DNA of 64,000 nt from Deltaproteobacteria bacterium (GTDB lineage Bacteria; Myxococcota_A; Polyangia; HGW-17; JAJRWW01), in the NCBI GenBank assembly GCA_029938605.1, contig JAOZUO010000015.1:779-64778 (forward strand). The letters run 5' to 3'. Every line of letters starts with the position of its first letter. The stretch's first letter is position 1. The translations under genes were made by a program, and so were the position numbers. Positions 46,358 through 57,682 of this stretch are shown piece by piece. The notes beneath the pieces are model-generated. The model saw only the letters and a program-made list of their open reading frames with translations, was not told the origin of the DNA and did no database searches.

Positions 46358-48141
46358 AGCAGCGGACCGCCAGCCTCCGCGGTGTGATCCTGACCTGGTT
46401 CCTGGGCGCCGTGGTGTTGGGTGTGTTCACGTTGGGCGCCATGGTGCGTCAGCGGAACCTGGCCACGCGCGCTTCCAACGAGCGCGCTGCCCGGCAGCGG
46501 CTCGCCGATTTGCAGGGGCCGGTGCGTATTGCCCTGGCCCGGGGCGAGACTGCGCGGGTGCAGGAGCTGCTGGAGGGGGCGGCGAGTCGGGCCGACGTGT
46601 CAGAGGCGGTGCTGCTCCGGTCCAAGACGCTGTCGACGAATCTGGCGTTTTTGAGGGATGTACACCTGGTGGCGCACGGCGATCGAACCATCGGGGTGGG
46701 GCCCATCCGCGGTGAAGTGCGGTCGCGAGCCCTGTCGCCCGCCTACGCCAAACAGCTCTACGACTGGACGGGGCGGGTGCTCGAGCGCAAGCGGACGGAT
46801 CTGCGCTGGCTCAGCCCGCCGGGCGTGGCGGAGCGTATGGAGGTGGGGCAGCGGATCTCCCTGCCCAAGGGGGACTACGTCCTGGGGTTGCGAGTGAGGC
46901 CGCTGATTCGGCCGGTAGCCGTGCCGGTGTTGCTGCTGGTGGTGTTGCTGCTGATGGGCCTGGCGGTGCCCCTTGCGAACCGCGCGGCCACGGGGCGTTG
47001 GCAGTGGCTCGCCAGCGGCGCGGGCATGGCGTTCATGGGCGCGGCCTGCGGGGTGCTCCTGGCGGGATACGAAACCTGGGTGGTGCGGGCGCCGGCTTCC
47101 ACGGGCGTGGGCGGGCTCCTCTCCACGGGGATCTCCCAGGGGGTGCCCGGCGGAGGTGTGGGGTACGTCTGGGGGCTGGTGTCGCTGGTCGTTCTCGGCC
47201 TGGTGGGGCTGGCCTGGCGCGGCACGGGGCATCGGGTGGCCAGCGCATTCAAAGAGCACCGGATCGCCATGGCCTACATCGTGCCCGCCGCCCTGGGCAT
47301 GATCGTGCTGGTTTTGGTGCCCTTCGCCGTGGGCATTGTGCTGGGCTTCTTCAACCACTGCGACGGGCGCTTCGAGTACGTGGGGTTGGCCAACTTCACC
47401 GACATCTTATCGGGGGGCGGCACCTCCGTCACGGACCCGCTGAACTTCTGGTTCACCCTGGGCGTGACGCTCCTTTGGACGAGCCTGAACGTGGTGCTCC
47501 ACGTCTCCATCGGCCTGGGGTTGGCGCTGCTGCTCAAGGACCCGCTGCTCAAGGGCAAGGGGGTCTACCGGGTGCTGCTCATCCTGCCCTGGGCGGTGCC
47601 CAACTACATCACCGCCCTCATGTGGAAGGGCATGTTCCACCAACAGTTCGGCGCGGTGAACCAGGTACTCGGGGTCTTCGGCATCGACAAGGTGAGCTGG
47701 TTCTCCCACTTCTGGACCTCCTTTACGGCGAACGTGGTGACCAACACCTGGCTGGGTTTTCCCTTCATGATGGTGGTGACCCTGGGCGCCCTGCAGTCCA
47801 TTCCCACGGACCTGTATGAGGCCGCCGAAGTGGACGGCGCCTCCAAGTGGTATCAGTTCAGCCGGATCACGCTGCCGCTGCTCAAGCCCGCGCTCTTACC
47901 GGCGGTGATTCTGGGCGCCATCTGGACCTTCAATATGTTCAACGTGATCTACCTGGTGTCTGCTGGAGAGCCCGCGGGGTCCACTGACATTCTGATCACC
48001 GAGGCCTACCGCTGGGCCTTCATCCGCCACGAGCGCTACGGCCTCGCCGCGGCCTACGCCACGCTCATCTTCTTGATCCTACTGGCGTATTCACTCATTA
48101 CCAACCGGGTCGCCAAGGGTGCCGAGGGGACGTTTAAATGA
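46354..48141 (+). CDS. ABC transporter permease (MalF-like) with long N-terminal extension
   Basis: EAA loop EAAEVDGASKWYQFSRITLPLLKPAL, at least 8 TM helices, and an extra ~290-aa N-terminal region with 3 TM. Confidence 0.85.
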   Translation: MKQRTASLRGVILTWFLGAVVLGVFTLGAMVRQRNLATRASNERAARQRLADLQGPVRIALARGETARVQELLEGAASRADVSEAVLLRSKTLSTNLAFLRDVHLVAHGDRTIGVGPIRGEVRSRALSPAYAKQLYDWTGRVLERKRTDLRWLSPPGVAERMEVGQRISLPKGDYVLGLRVRPLIRPVAVPVLLLVVLLLMGLAVPLANRAATGRWQWLASGAGMAFMGAACGVLLAGYETWVVRAPASTGVGGLLSTGISQGVPGGGVGYVWGLVSLVVLGLVGLAWRGTGHRVASAFKEHRIAMAYIVPAALGMIVLVLVPFAVGIVLGFFNHCDGRFEYVGLANFTDILSGGGTSVTDPLNFWFTLGVTLLWTSLNVVLHVSIGLGLALLLKDPLLKGKGVYRVLLILPWAVPNYITALMWKGMFHQQFGAVNQVLGVFGIDKVSWFSHFWTSFTANVVTNTWLGFPFMMVVTLGALQSIPTDLYEAAEVDGASKWYQFSRITLPLLKPALLPAVILGAIWTFNMFNVIYLVSAGEPAGSTDILITEAYRWAFIRHERYGLAAAYATLIFLILLAYSLITNRVAKGAEGTFK

Positions 48142-48989
48142 TCGGTCGCCGCAGCCGGGTCAAGTCCGTACTGATCCACGCCGTGCTGATCACGGTGACC
48201 GTGGTGACGCTCTTCCCCGTGGCCCTGGTGATGCGCAAATCCCTGTCGCCGGGCAACGAGTTTGAGCTGAGCCTCAATCCCATTCCGGAAAAAACCACCA
48301 TCAGCCACTACAAGACCGTACTGAGTGCGCGTGACTTCTCCGGCCGCTGGCTTTTCGGGCGCCAGCTTTGGAACTCCTTCGTGGTGGCCGTGCTCACCAC
48401 CATCATGGGCGTGTTTCTCGCCTCCACGGCGGCGTATGCTCTCAGTCGGTTCCGGTTCCCGGGGCGCCGCTTCGGCATGATGATTTTCTTGGTGGTCCAG
48501 ATGTTCCCGGCCACGCTGATCATGATCCCGCTGTACGTGATCCTGGACAGGCTGGGCCTGCTCGATTCGGTCCTGGGGTTGGTGCTGGTGTACTCCACCA
48601 CGGCGATCCCTTTTTGTGTGTTCATGCTCAAGGGGTACTTCGACACCATCCCGCGTGAGCTCGAGGAGGCCGCCTGGATCGACGGCGCCTCCCGTTTCGG
48701 CATGTTCTGGCGGGTGGTCCTACCCCTGTCCAAGCCCGCCCTGGCGGTGACCGCGCTCTTCTCTTTCATGACCGCCTGGAACGAGTACATCCTCGCCGAG
48801 ACCTTCCTCAACAATGAGGCCTCCTACACCCTGCCGGTGATGCTCAAGCACTACGTGGGCGACAAGTCCGCTGACTGGGGATCCTTCGCCGCCGGTGCCA
48901 TCCTCGTGTCCCTGCCGGTCATGGCCCTGTTCTACATGCTACAAAAGGCCCTGGTCTCCGGACTCACCGCCGGAGGCGTGAAGGGGTAG
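48138..48989 (+). CDS. ABC transporter permease (MalG-like)
   Basis: EAA loop EAAWIDGASRFGMFWRVVLPLSKPAL and 6 TM helices. Confidence 0.9.
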   Translation: MIGRRSRVKSVLIHAVLITVTVVTLFPVALVMRKSLSPGNEFELSLNPIPEKTTISHYKTVLSARDFSGRWLFGRQLWNSFVVAVLTTIMGVFLASTAAYALSRFRFPGRRFGMMIFLVVQMFPATLIMIPLYVILDRLGLLDSVLGLVLVYSTTAIPFCVFMLKGYFDTIPRELEEAAWIDGASRFGMFWRVVLPLSKPALAVTALFSFMTAWNEYILAETFLNNEASYTLPVMLKHYVGDKSADWGSFAAGAILVSLPVMALFYMLQKALVSGLTAGGVKG

Positions 48990-49012
48990 CTGGTGGGCTG
49001 GGGAATTCGCCG

Positions 49013-50437
49013 TCAGGGGGTCCGAACGCACCGGAAACCGGTGTTGACCGGCTCGCGTGTGGGGTCGTCCCACTCGCGCCCCGTGACCCTTTGATAGATG
49101 GTGTCGGAGTGGTAGAAGCCCCCGCCTCGGATGACCTTGTTTGCGCTGTTTGTCCCGGAGTTCACCGGGTCCGTGCAGCCGCTCGCGCAGTCGTTGTAGA
49201 TGTTGTCGTCGTAGGTATCCAACATCCACTCCCACACGTTCCCCGCCATGTCCATGAGCCCGTAAGGTGAGTCTCCATTACCGCTCGACAGGTACCCCAC
49301 TGGCCAGGTTTGCGGGGCGGTGGCCGAGTAGCACTGGTTAAAGTTACTGTAACTGCAGCCGGGCCCCGGGGAGTCTCCCCAGGGGTACATTCGCTGGTCT
49401 GGGGATGCGCCCCGGGCGCCCTTTTCCCACTGCGCCTCGGTGGGAAAGTCGCCGCCCAGCCAGGCCTGACAGTACTCACGGGAGTCCAGCCAGGGCAGGC
49501 AGTTGATGGGGTGGGATTCCCGCCCCGCCGAGGTCGTGGTCCAGTTGCACAGCTCACTGGTGCCGGTGTCGTTGGGCGTGCTGGTGCACGCTCCCGCGGT
49601 GCGACAAGAGCGGTACATGGCCAAGCTCACCTCGGTCTTCTGGATGCAGTAGGCGGTGAGGGTCACCGTGTGGCGGGGCTGCTCGTCCGTTTCACAGGTG
49701 CCGCCCAGCTCACCGGAGTTGCAGCCCATCTGGAAGTCTCCGGCGGGGATGTGGGCCCAGCCAATCGGGCAGCCGTTGGCGTGGCACTCTCCGACGCCGG
49801 GCGCGTTGTCGTCGCAGTCGGCGGCCAGGTCGCAGTCCGTGCCGCGCAGGGAGTCGCCGTCGGCGTCGGTGCAGTTGGCGCAGCCGCTTGCGGTCCAGTT
49901 CTGGTCGTCTTCGTCGCAGGAGTCCTCGGGAAGATCGCACCCCGTGCCGCGGTACCCGTCCCCGTCGCCGTCAGCGCAGGCCGCGCAGCCCGCCACCGTC
50001 CAGTTCTGCCCATCGCTGTCGCAGGCGTCGTCTCCCGCCAGGCAGTCCACGCCATGGTTGTCACCGTCGTTGTCCTGGCAGGTGAGACTTTCGCACGTTC
50101 CGTTGGCGCAGGCGGTTCCCGAGGTGGTGGTGCAGTTCTGGCAGCTCCCGCCGCCGGCGCCGCAGTAGCTGTCGGTGATTCCGGTCTGGCACACGTCCGC
50201 CAAGTCACAGCATCCGGCGCAATTGGTTGGGTTGCACTGGGATCCGGCGTCGGGGCTCCCGTCTGGGGGAAGGCCTGCGTCGTCGGTGTCGGCGTTGGTG
50301 TTATCGTTAGCGTTGGCGTTAGCGTTGGCGTTGGTCCCGGGGTTGAAGCTGACCAGGCAGCCCCCGAGCAGCAGTGAAGCCGATAGCACTGTTTGGGTCA
50401 ACCACAGACCACAAAATGACCAGACAGCATCTTTCAT
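49013..50437 (-). CDS. Lipoprotein: N-terminal Cys-rich region with MopE-like DGDG motifs fused to C-terminal FGE-sulfatase domain
   Basis: Lipobox LLLGGC and an (NA)n repeat. The N-terminus has CQDNDGDNHGVDC...CADGDGDGYRGTGC...CTDADGDSLRGTDC. FGE-domain motifs follow: RHTVTLTAYCIQKTEVS...WLGGDFPTEAQWEKGARG...PWGD...GNVWEWMLD...RGGGF...FRC. Confidence 0.8.
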   Translation of the reverse strand: MKDAVWSFCGLWLTQTVLSASLLLGGCLVSFNPGTNANANANANDNTNADTDDAGLPPDGSPDAGSQCNPTNCAGCCDLADVCQTGITDSYCGAGGGSCQNCTTTSGTACANGTCESLTCQDNDGDNHGVDCLAGDDACDSDGQNWTVAGCAACADGDGDGYRGTGCDLPEDSCDEDDQNWTASGCANCTDADGDSLRGTDCDLAADCDDNAPGVGECHANGCPIGWAHIPAGDFQMGCNSGELGGTCETDEQPRHTVTLTAYCIQKTEVSLAMYRSCRTAGACTSTPNDTGTSELCNWTTTSAGRESHPINCLPWLDSREYCQAWLGGDFPTEAQWEKGARGASPDQRMYPWGDSPGPGCSYSNFNQCYSATAPQTWPVGYLSSGNGDSPYGLMDMAGNVWEWMLDTYDDNIYNDCASGCTDPVNSGTNSANKVIRGGGFYHSDTIYQRVTGREWDDPTREPVNTGFRCVRTP

Positions 50438-50578
50438 GCGAACCTATTCGACTCTCGAGGTGTGGACATTACTTGAGTATTACGCAAGTGGGGCAACAGC
50501 GTCAACTCGATGTCGACTCAGTGAAGATCGGTGGGGTGTCTGGATCCGGCTTGGTGGCGGTCATCGTAGGGGAGTGAT

Positions 50579-52390
50579 CTAGGTGTCTGTTTTCGACGTC
50601 GGATCGGCTTCGGCGGTGGCCTCGGCTTCGGCTTCGGCGGTGGCTTCGGCGACCATTTCAGCGACGGTTTCGGCGACCCCTTCGGCGTCGGCCTTGGCCT
50701 TGGGATCGGCGTAGAAGGCGTTGTACCGGGCATCGTTGTACGGCGCGTAGTCGATGGGCCAGGCGTCGATCTCGGTGTTGCCGTCGAGGCCACCCTCATG
50801 TCGGATGGTCAGCGCCATGGGGCGGACTCTGCGGTAGCTGCTGGTCTCGGGCAGATCCTCGTTGTCTTCGCCCCCGGCGGAAAACAGCGTCAGGAGCTGT
50901 ACGTGGTCGTCGTCGAATTTGCGCTCGAAGCCCTGCTCGATCTTTTCGTGGCCCCGGATGAGCGTGTGGCAGCCGAGCTGCTGAAGGAAGGCCTGGGCCT
51001 GCAGCCGACCGAAGCCGAAGCGATAGGTCTCGCTCTGGAGCTTCCGCGGGATCACGTCCGCGATGCTGGGATCGCTCCAACGCATCTGGAAGGCGGTCAT
51101 TGGCTCATTGAGGCTGGGCAGGTCCCGGTCCGCGTTCTCCACCACGCCGTCGGCGGGGATGCCGCCGTGGGTGAACAGGATGCGTCCGAAGATCAGCACA
51201 TGGGGCAGGGCGTTGAACAGATCCCGGTAGCTAAGTAGCAGCACCGGGGGCGCCACCTTTCGGAACGCCTCGATGGATTCTGCTGGGCGTACGGCGCTGT
51301 CCACGCGATCGTTCCGCGGATCCACGAAGAAGTCTTCGTGGTTACCGCGCAGCAGATGGACGTGGTCGGGCGCCAGCGCCACGAGGCGCAGGGCCAGCCT
51401 CAGGACGCCGTCAAAGCCGAACCTCCCACGGTCCAGGTAGTCGCCCATTAGCACCAGCTTCGGGTTGGGGGCGTTCATGGGATCGGCTCGGTAGGCTTCC
51501 AGACGCTCCAAGAAGGCCGACTGTTGGATCGCCGCCTTCAGGCAACTGTAGCAGCCATGCAGATCTCCGATGACCGTGAGCTCGTATGACTGCACCGGAT
51601 GTGGCGGCAGCACCCACACGTGCTCTTGCAGGAAGGGCGCCATTCCGGAGAGGTCGTCCACCCGCTTGATGCCGTCGAGTTTGCCGCGCCCCAGGCGCCG
51701 CTGTTGGCGGAGCAGGGTTTGGAGGGTGAGCACGGCCGCCTGATCTCGGGCCAGCTCATCGCCCAGATCGCCATCGAAGCCCTCGCCGGGGAGGTGGCGT
51801 TCCAGCTTCTTGAAGTAGTCATGGGTCGAGGGCTCGTGGGGCAGGGCGTCGAGCTCGGTGATCTTCATGTGCCGCGGAACCAGCACCCGGTCCGTGGGGG
51901 CCTCCTCACCGTCTGTGTGGTTCAGCAGATCCGAGAGCTCGTGGCGCAGCTTCAGCTCCGCCGGGTGAGCTTCGCCGTCGGCCCACAGCAGGCCGTTCAG
52001 GGCCGAGATCAGGAGTTTTTGCTGCTCCTCATCGAAGGACCCAAAGGTCTCGAAGCAACGCTGTCGCAGCTTGCTCGTAACGAAGTCCTGGTGGGACTCC
52101 TCCTCGGTCACCGACTCATGCATGAGATCGATGACCTCCTCCTCCACCAGCTTGAGCATGTCCTCGAAGTAGCCGGCGTACAGGGCGATCTGCTCGTCGC
52201 GGTCGCCCGGCTCGGCGCCCTCGGGAGGGTGGTCCACGCGGTACTCCACCACCTGCCGGATCACGTCCTTGATAAAGGCCATCTCCGAAGGATCAAAGTG
52301 GCCATCAATGTACCCGAACGTCACCAGATAAAAGATGATGCCGCTCATCTGCTCCTGGGCTACGTCGGGATCTGTGCTGAGTACGAGCAT
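50579..52390 (-). CDS. TerB-like domain protein fused to PPP-family Ser/Thr metallophosphatase (calcineurin-like)
   Basis: The N-terminus has two TerB/DjlA-N-like half-repeats (FGYIDGHFDPSEMAFIKDVI; LLWADGEAHPAELKLRHELSDLL). The phosphatase motifs are GDLHG, GDYLDRG and GNHE. The C-terminal tail is low-complexity (AEATAEAEA)n. Confidence 0.7.
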   Translation of the reverse strand: MLVLSTDPDVAQEQMSGIIFYLVTFGYIDGHFDPSEMAFIKDVIRQVVEYRVDHPPEGAEPGDRDEQIALYAGYFEDMLKLVEEEVIDLMHESVTEEESHQDFVTSKLRQRCFETFGSFDEEQQKLLISALNGLLWADGEAHPAELKLRHELSDLLNHTDGEEAPTDRVLVPRHMKITELDALPHEPSTHDYFKKLERHLPGEGFDGDLGDELARDQAAVLTLQTLLRQQRRLGRGKLDGIKRVDDLSGMAPFLQEHVWVLPPHPVQSYELTVIGDLHGCYSCLKAAIQQSAFLERLEAYRADPMNAPNPKLVLMGDYLDRGRFGFDGVLRLALRLVALAPDHVHLLRGNHEDFFVDPRNDRVDSAVRPAESIEAFRKVAPPVLLLSYRDLFNALPHVLIFGRILFTHGGIPADGVVENADRDLPSLNEPMTAFQMRWSDPSIADVIPRKLQSETYRFGFGRLQAQAFLQQLGCHTLIRGHEKIEQGFERKFDDDHVQLLTLFSAGGEDNEDLPETSSYRRVRPMALTIRHEGGLDGNTEIDAWPIDYAPYNDARYNAFYADPKAKADAEGVAETVAEMVAEATAEAEAEATAEADPTSKTDT

Positions 52391-52476
52391 GGTGTCCCTC
52401 CGGGCAAAAACAAACCCTGACCCTACACCCGGGCCCGATTTCTCACAAGAATCGAACCGGTGAGGGGACTTTCACT

Positions 52477-52920
52477 TCACCGGCGCCCGCTCCCGTGCAT
52501 GGGCATCGTCCCCGCCGGAAAAAGGATCTTCATGCAGTCCGCCATGTCCTCCATTTTCTTCATCTTTAGAAAGCACCGCGCCGCCTCGTCGGCTTTTTGC
52601 CCGCCGGTTTTCTTGAGGCCGTTGATGCAGGCCCGGCGTCCACGGCGTGCCTTGTCCGTGGGCGCGCCGGTGACCTGAGCGAACACTCCGAGGGCGTGGG
52701 TGCAGGCCCGGGTCCACAGCGCTTCGCCGGACTGCGGTTCACCCGCCATGGTCTGGGACACCGCGGGTTGCGGGGGCTTTTTGTCCTGGCAGCCGCTCAG
52801 TGTCGCCAGTACCGCCAGTGCCGCCAGTGCCGCCAGTGCCGCCAGTGCCGCCAGTGCCGCCAGTGCCGGGATTGTGGCCGACGGGATGGAAAACGAAACG
52901 TAGGATGTACCGGTTCTCAT
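52477..52920 (-). CDS. Small lipoprotein; signal peptide contains 9-bp x7 tandem repeat encoding (AAL)n
   Basis: Lipobox TLSGC. A cgccagtgc x7 repeat at 52804-52867 encodes ALAALAALAALAALAALAVLATLSGC. Confidence 0.55.
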   Translation of the reverse strand: MRTGTSYVSFSIPSATIPALAALAALAALAALAALAVLATLSGCQDKKPPQPAVSQTMAGEPQSGEALWTRACTHALGVFAQVTGAPTDKARRGRRACINGLKKTGGQKADEAARCFLKMKKMEDMADCMKILFPAGTMPMHGSGRR

Positions 52921-53196
52921 GGTCGCGCACTACACCACCGTAGCTGGCGGTGGTCAACCGCGTGCGCTGTCAGGGTGGTCGCAAAGTCGGAAAATAGGTG
53001 TCATCCCGACCGAGCGCAGCGAGCGGAGGGATCTCTTACGTGCTCAAGTAGGAGAGATTCCTCAACTCGCCTTCGGCTCGCTCGGAATGACAACCGTCGA
53101 CAAGCGGGTCAACAACGACTTTGCGACTGCCCTGCGTGCACAGTTGTGTCTTATTGCTTCGATGGTAGAAGCGGCTATATTGTAGGCTCTCTGCGC

Positions 53197-54282
53197 ATGA
53201 TTTGGCGTGGAAACCGAGGAGTTGAGGCTTTGTTTGAGAAACGTGATTTTAGCCGGCTGACTGCGCTGGCCTCCTGCGCGGGCTGAGCGGCCAAGACCTC
53301 CCCGGAGGTTCTGGCGCAGGTCGTGCGTCCGTTGATGGATTTTTTCCCGGCCGATCTGGCGCCGGACGTGATCATTGGCTTGGGCGCCGTGGATGATGCC
53401 GCCGTGCACCGCATCGGGGACGGGCGGGTGAGCGTGGTGTCCCTGGACTTTTTCCCCCCCGTGGTGGATGACGCCACCGACTATGGCGCCATCGCCGCCG
53501 CTAACTCCATGTCCGACGTCTGGGCCATGGGCGCGGATCCGGTGCTGGCGCTGTGCATCGCGCTTTTTCCGAAGGACATGCCCACCGGGGTCGCGTCGAA
53601 AATCCTGCTGGGCGCGGCGGAGCGGGTGCGTGCCGCGGGAGCTGTGATCGCCGGTGGCCACACCATGGACAGCCAGGAACCGGTTTTTGGGCTCGCGGTC
53701 ATTGGTCTCGGCGACGAGGACGGACTGATGCTCAAGGGCGGCCTGAAGGTGGGGCAGAAGCTGGTGCTGAGCAAACCCCTGGGGTCAGGTCTGCTGACCA
53801 CGGTGGCCAAGCGTGGAGACCTCTCGGCCGAGGACCTGTCTGACGCCATAGGAATCATGAAACGCCTCAACGGCCCGGCGGCCCGGGTGGGGCGTCAGTA
53901 CGGCGTGCGGGGCGCCACGGATATCACGGGGTTCGGCTTGGCGGGTCACGCCTTGGAGATGGCTGCGGGCGCGGGCGTAGGGTTGCGTCTCGGGCTCGAC
54001 GAGGTGCCCCTCATGGGGTCGGTGATGCGCTGGGCTGAGCAGGGGGCCTTCGCCGGAGGCGCCCACCGCAATCGGAAGGCCTACGAGGGACGGATCACCT
54101 TCGCCTCCTCGGTGTCCGAGGCCCTACAGATGTTGCTGTTTGATCCGCAGACCAGCGGCGGTCTGCTCATGGGCGTGGACGCGGACCGCGCCGACGCGCT
54201 GGTCGCCCAGCTCCGCGAGACCGATCCTGAGACCGCCATCGTCGGCGACGTCGTACAGGGGTCGGGCATGGAAGTCGGGTAG
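53197..54282 (+). CDS. selD: Selenide, water dikinase (selenophosphate synthetase) SelD, selenocysteine-containing: in-frame TGA at 53284-53286 recoded as Sec
   Basis: The ORF track starts at GTG 53323, but the frame is homologous upstream through a single TGA: ...RLTALASCAG-U-AAKTSPEVLAQVV... aligns with E. coli SelD RLTQYSHGAG-C17-GCKISPKVLETIL. Downstream homology is unambiguous (DDAAV..., AAANSMSDVWAMG, GGHT). Start candidates are the ATG at 53197 or TTG at 53230 (GAGGAG SD 8 nt upstream). A hairpin at 53290-53315 immediately 3' of the UGA is a SECIS candidate. Confidence 0.8.
53290..53315 (+). promoter_or_regulatory. Candidate bacterial SECIS hairpin downstream of the selD UGA
   Basis: gcca/uggc lower stem, accuc/gaggu upper stem, 4-nt apical loop containing G. 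It begins 4 nt after the UGA. Confidence 0.4.
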
Positions 54283-54321
54283 CACCCGGCCTGAGCGATC
54301 GAGGTGTTTTGAGACAGGTCC

Positions 54322-57108
<2,787 letters not shown>

Positions 57109-57152
57109 CGCAAATTGATCCTGGGGTAGGTGATCCCGCTGCGGCGGTGGGA

Positions 57153-57536
57153 TTAGGCGGTCTTTCCGAAGTACGCCAGGCCGATGAAGCTACCCAGGAG
57201 GCAGACGCCGATGGTGAGGGCGATGTAGAGCGCCGCGGTGAGGGTGTGGCCGCTTCGGGCCAGGGTCACGGTCTCGACGGAGAAGGTGGAGAAGGTGGTG
57301 AAGGCGCCGCAGAAGCCCGTGGCGAGCAGCGCCTTAGCGGTGGGGGAGGTCATGCGCTCGCTGAGCAGCAGCCCCAACAGGACGCCGAGGGCCAGGGAGC
57401 CGATGATGTTGGCGGCGAAGGTGCCCCAGGGGATGGTGGTGGTGTTCTTGGGGTTGAGCCACAGGCCCAGGGCGGCGCGCGCCACCGCGCCGGCTGCACC
57501 GCCCAGTCCAATCGCTAGCCACTGCTTGAGCATCAT
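57153..57536 (-). CDS. crcB: Fluoride ion channel CrcB/FluC
   Basis: 127 aa with 4 TM helices and the hallmark motifs [14 protein letters not shown] and [12 protein letters not shown]. Confidence 0.9.
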   Translation of the reverse strand: MMLKQWLAIGLGGAAGAVARAALGLWLNPKNTTTIPWGTFAANIIGSLALGVLLGLLLSERMTSPTAKALLATGFCGAFTTFSTFSVETVTLARSGHTLTAALYIALTIGVCLLGSFIGLAYFGKTA

Positions 57537-57682
57537 GATGGTGATCGCGTCCCTGTTGTCGTAGTGGGCTTATAATACCATCATCAGCGCTGGATTCGAG
57601 ACTTGACGACGGCTCCTCTCCCGCGAATAAAGAGTCCATGATCAGAGTGGTTATTTGCGTTGTACTGCAGTGATTTCCGACA

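Noticed and set aside
53323-54282. ORF-track start of selD at GTG 53323, which would mean an N-terminally truncated SelD or a pseudogene
   Set aside because: Homology to the SelD N-terminus continues upstream through a single UGA at the catalytic Cys/Sec position. Recoding as Sec is the more economical explanation than truncation.
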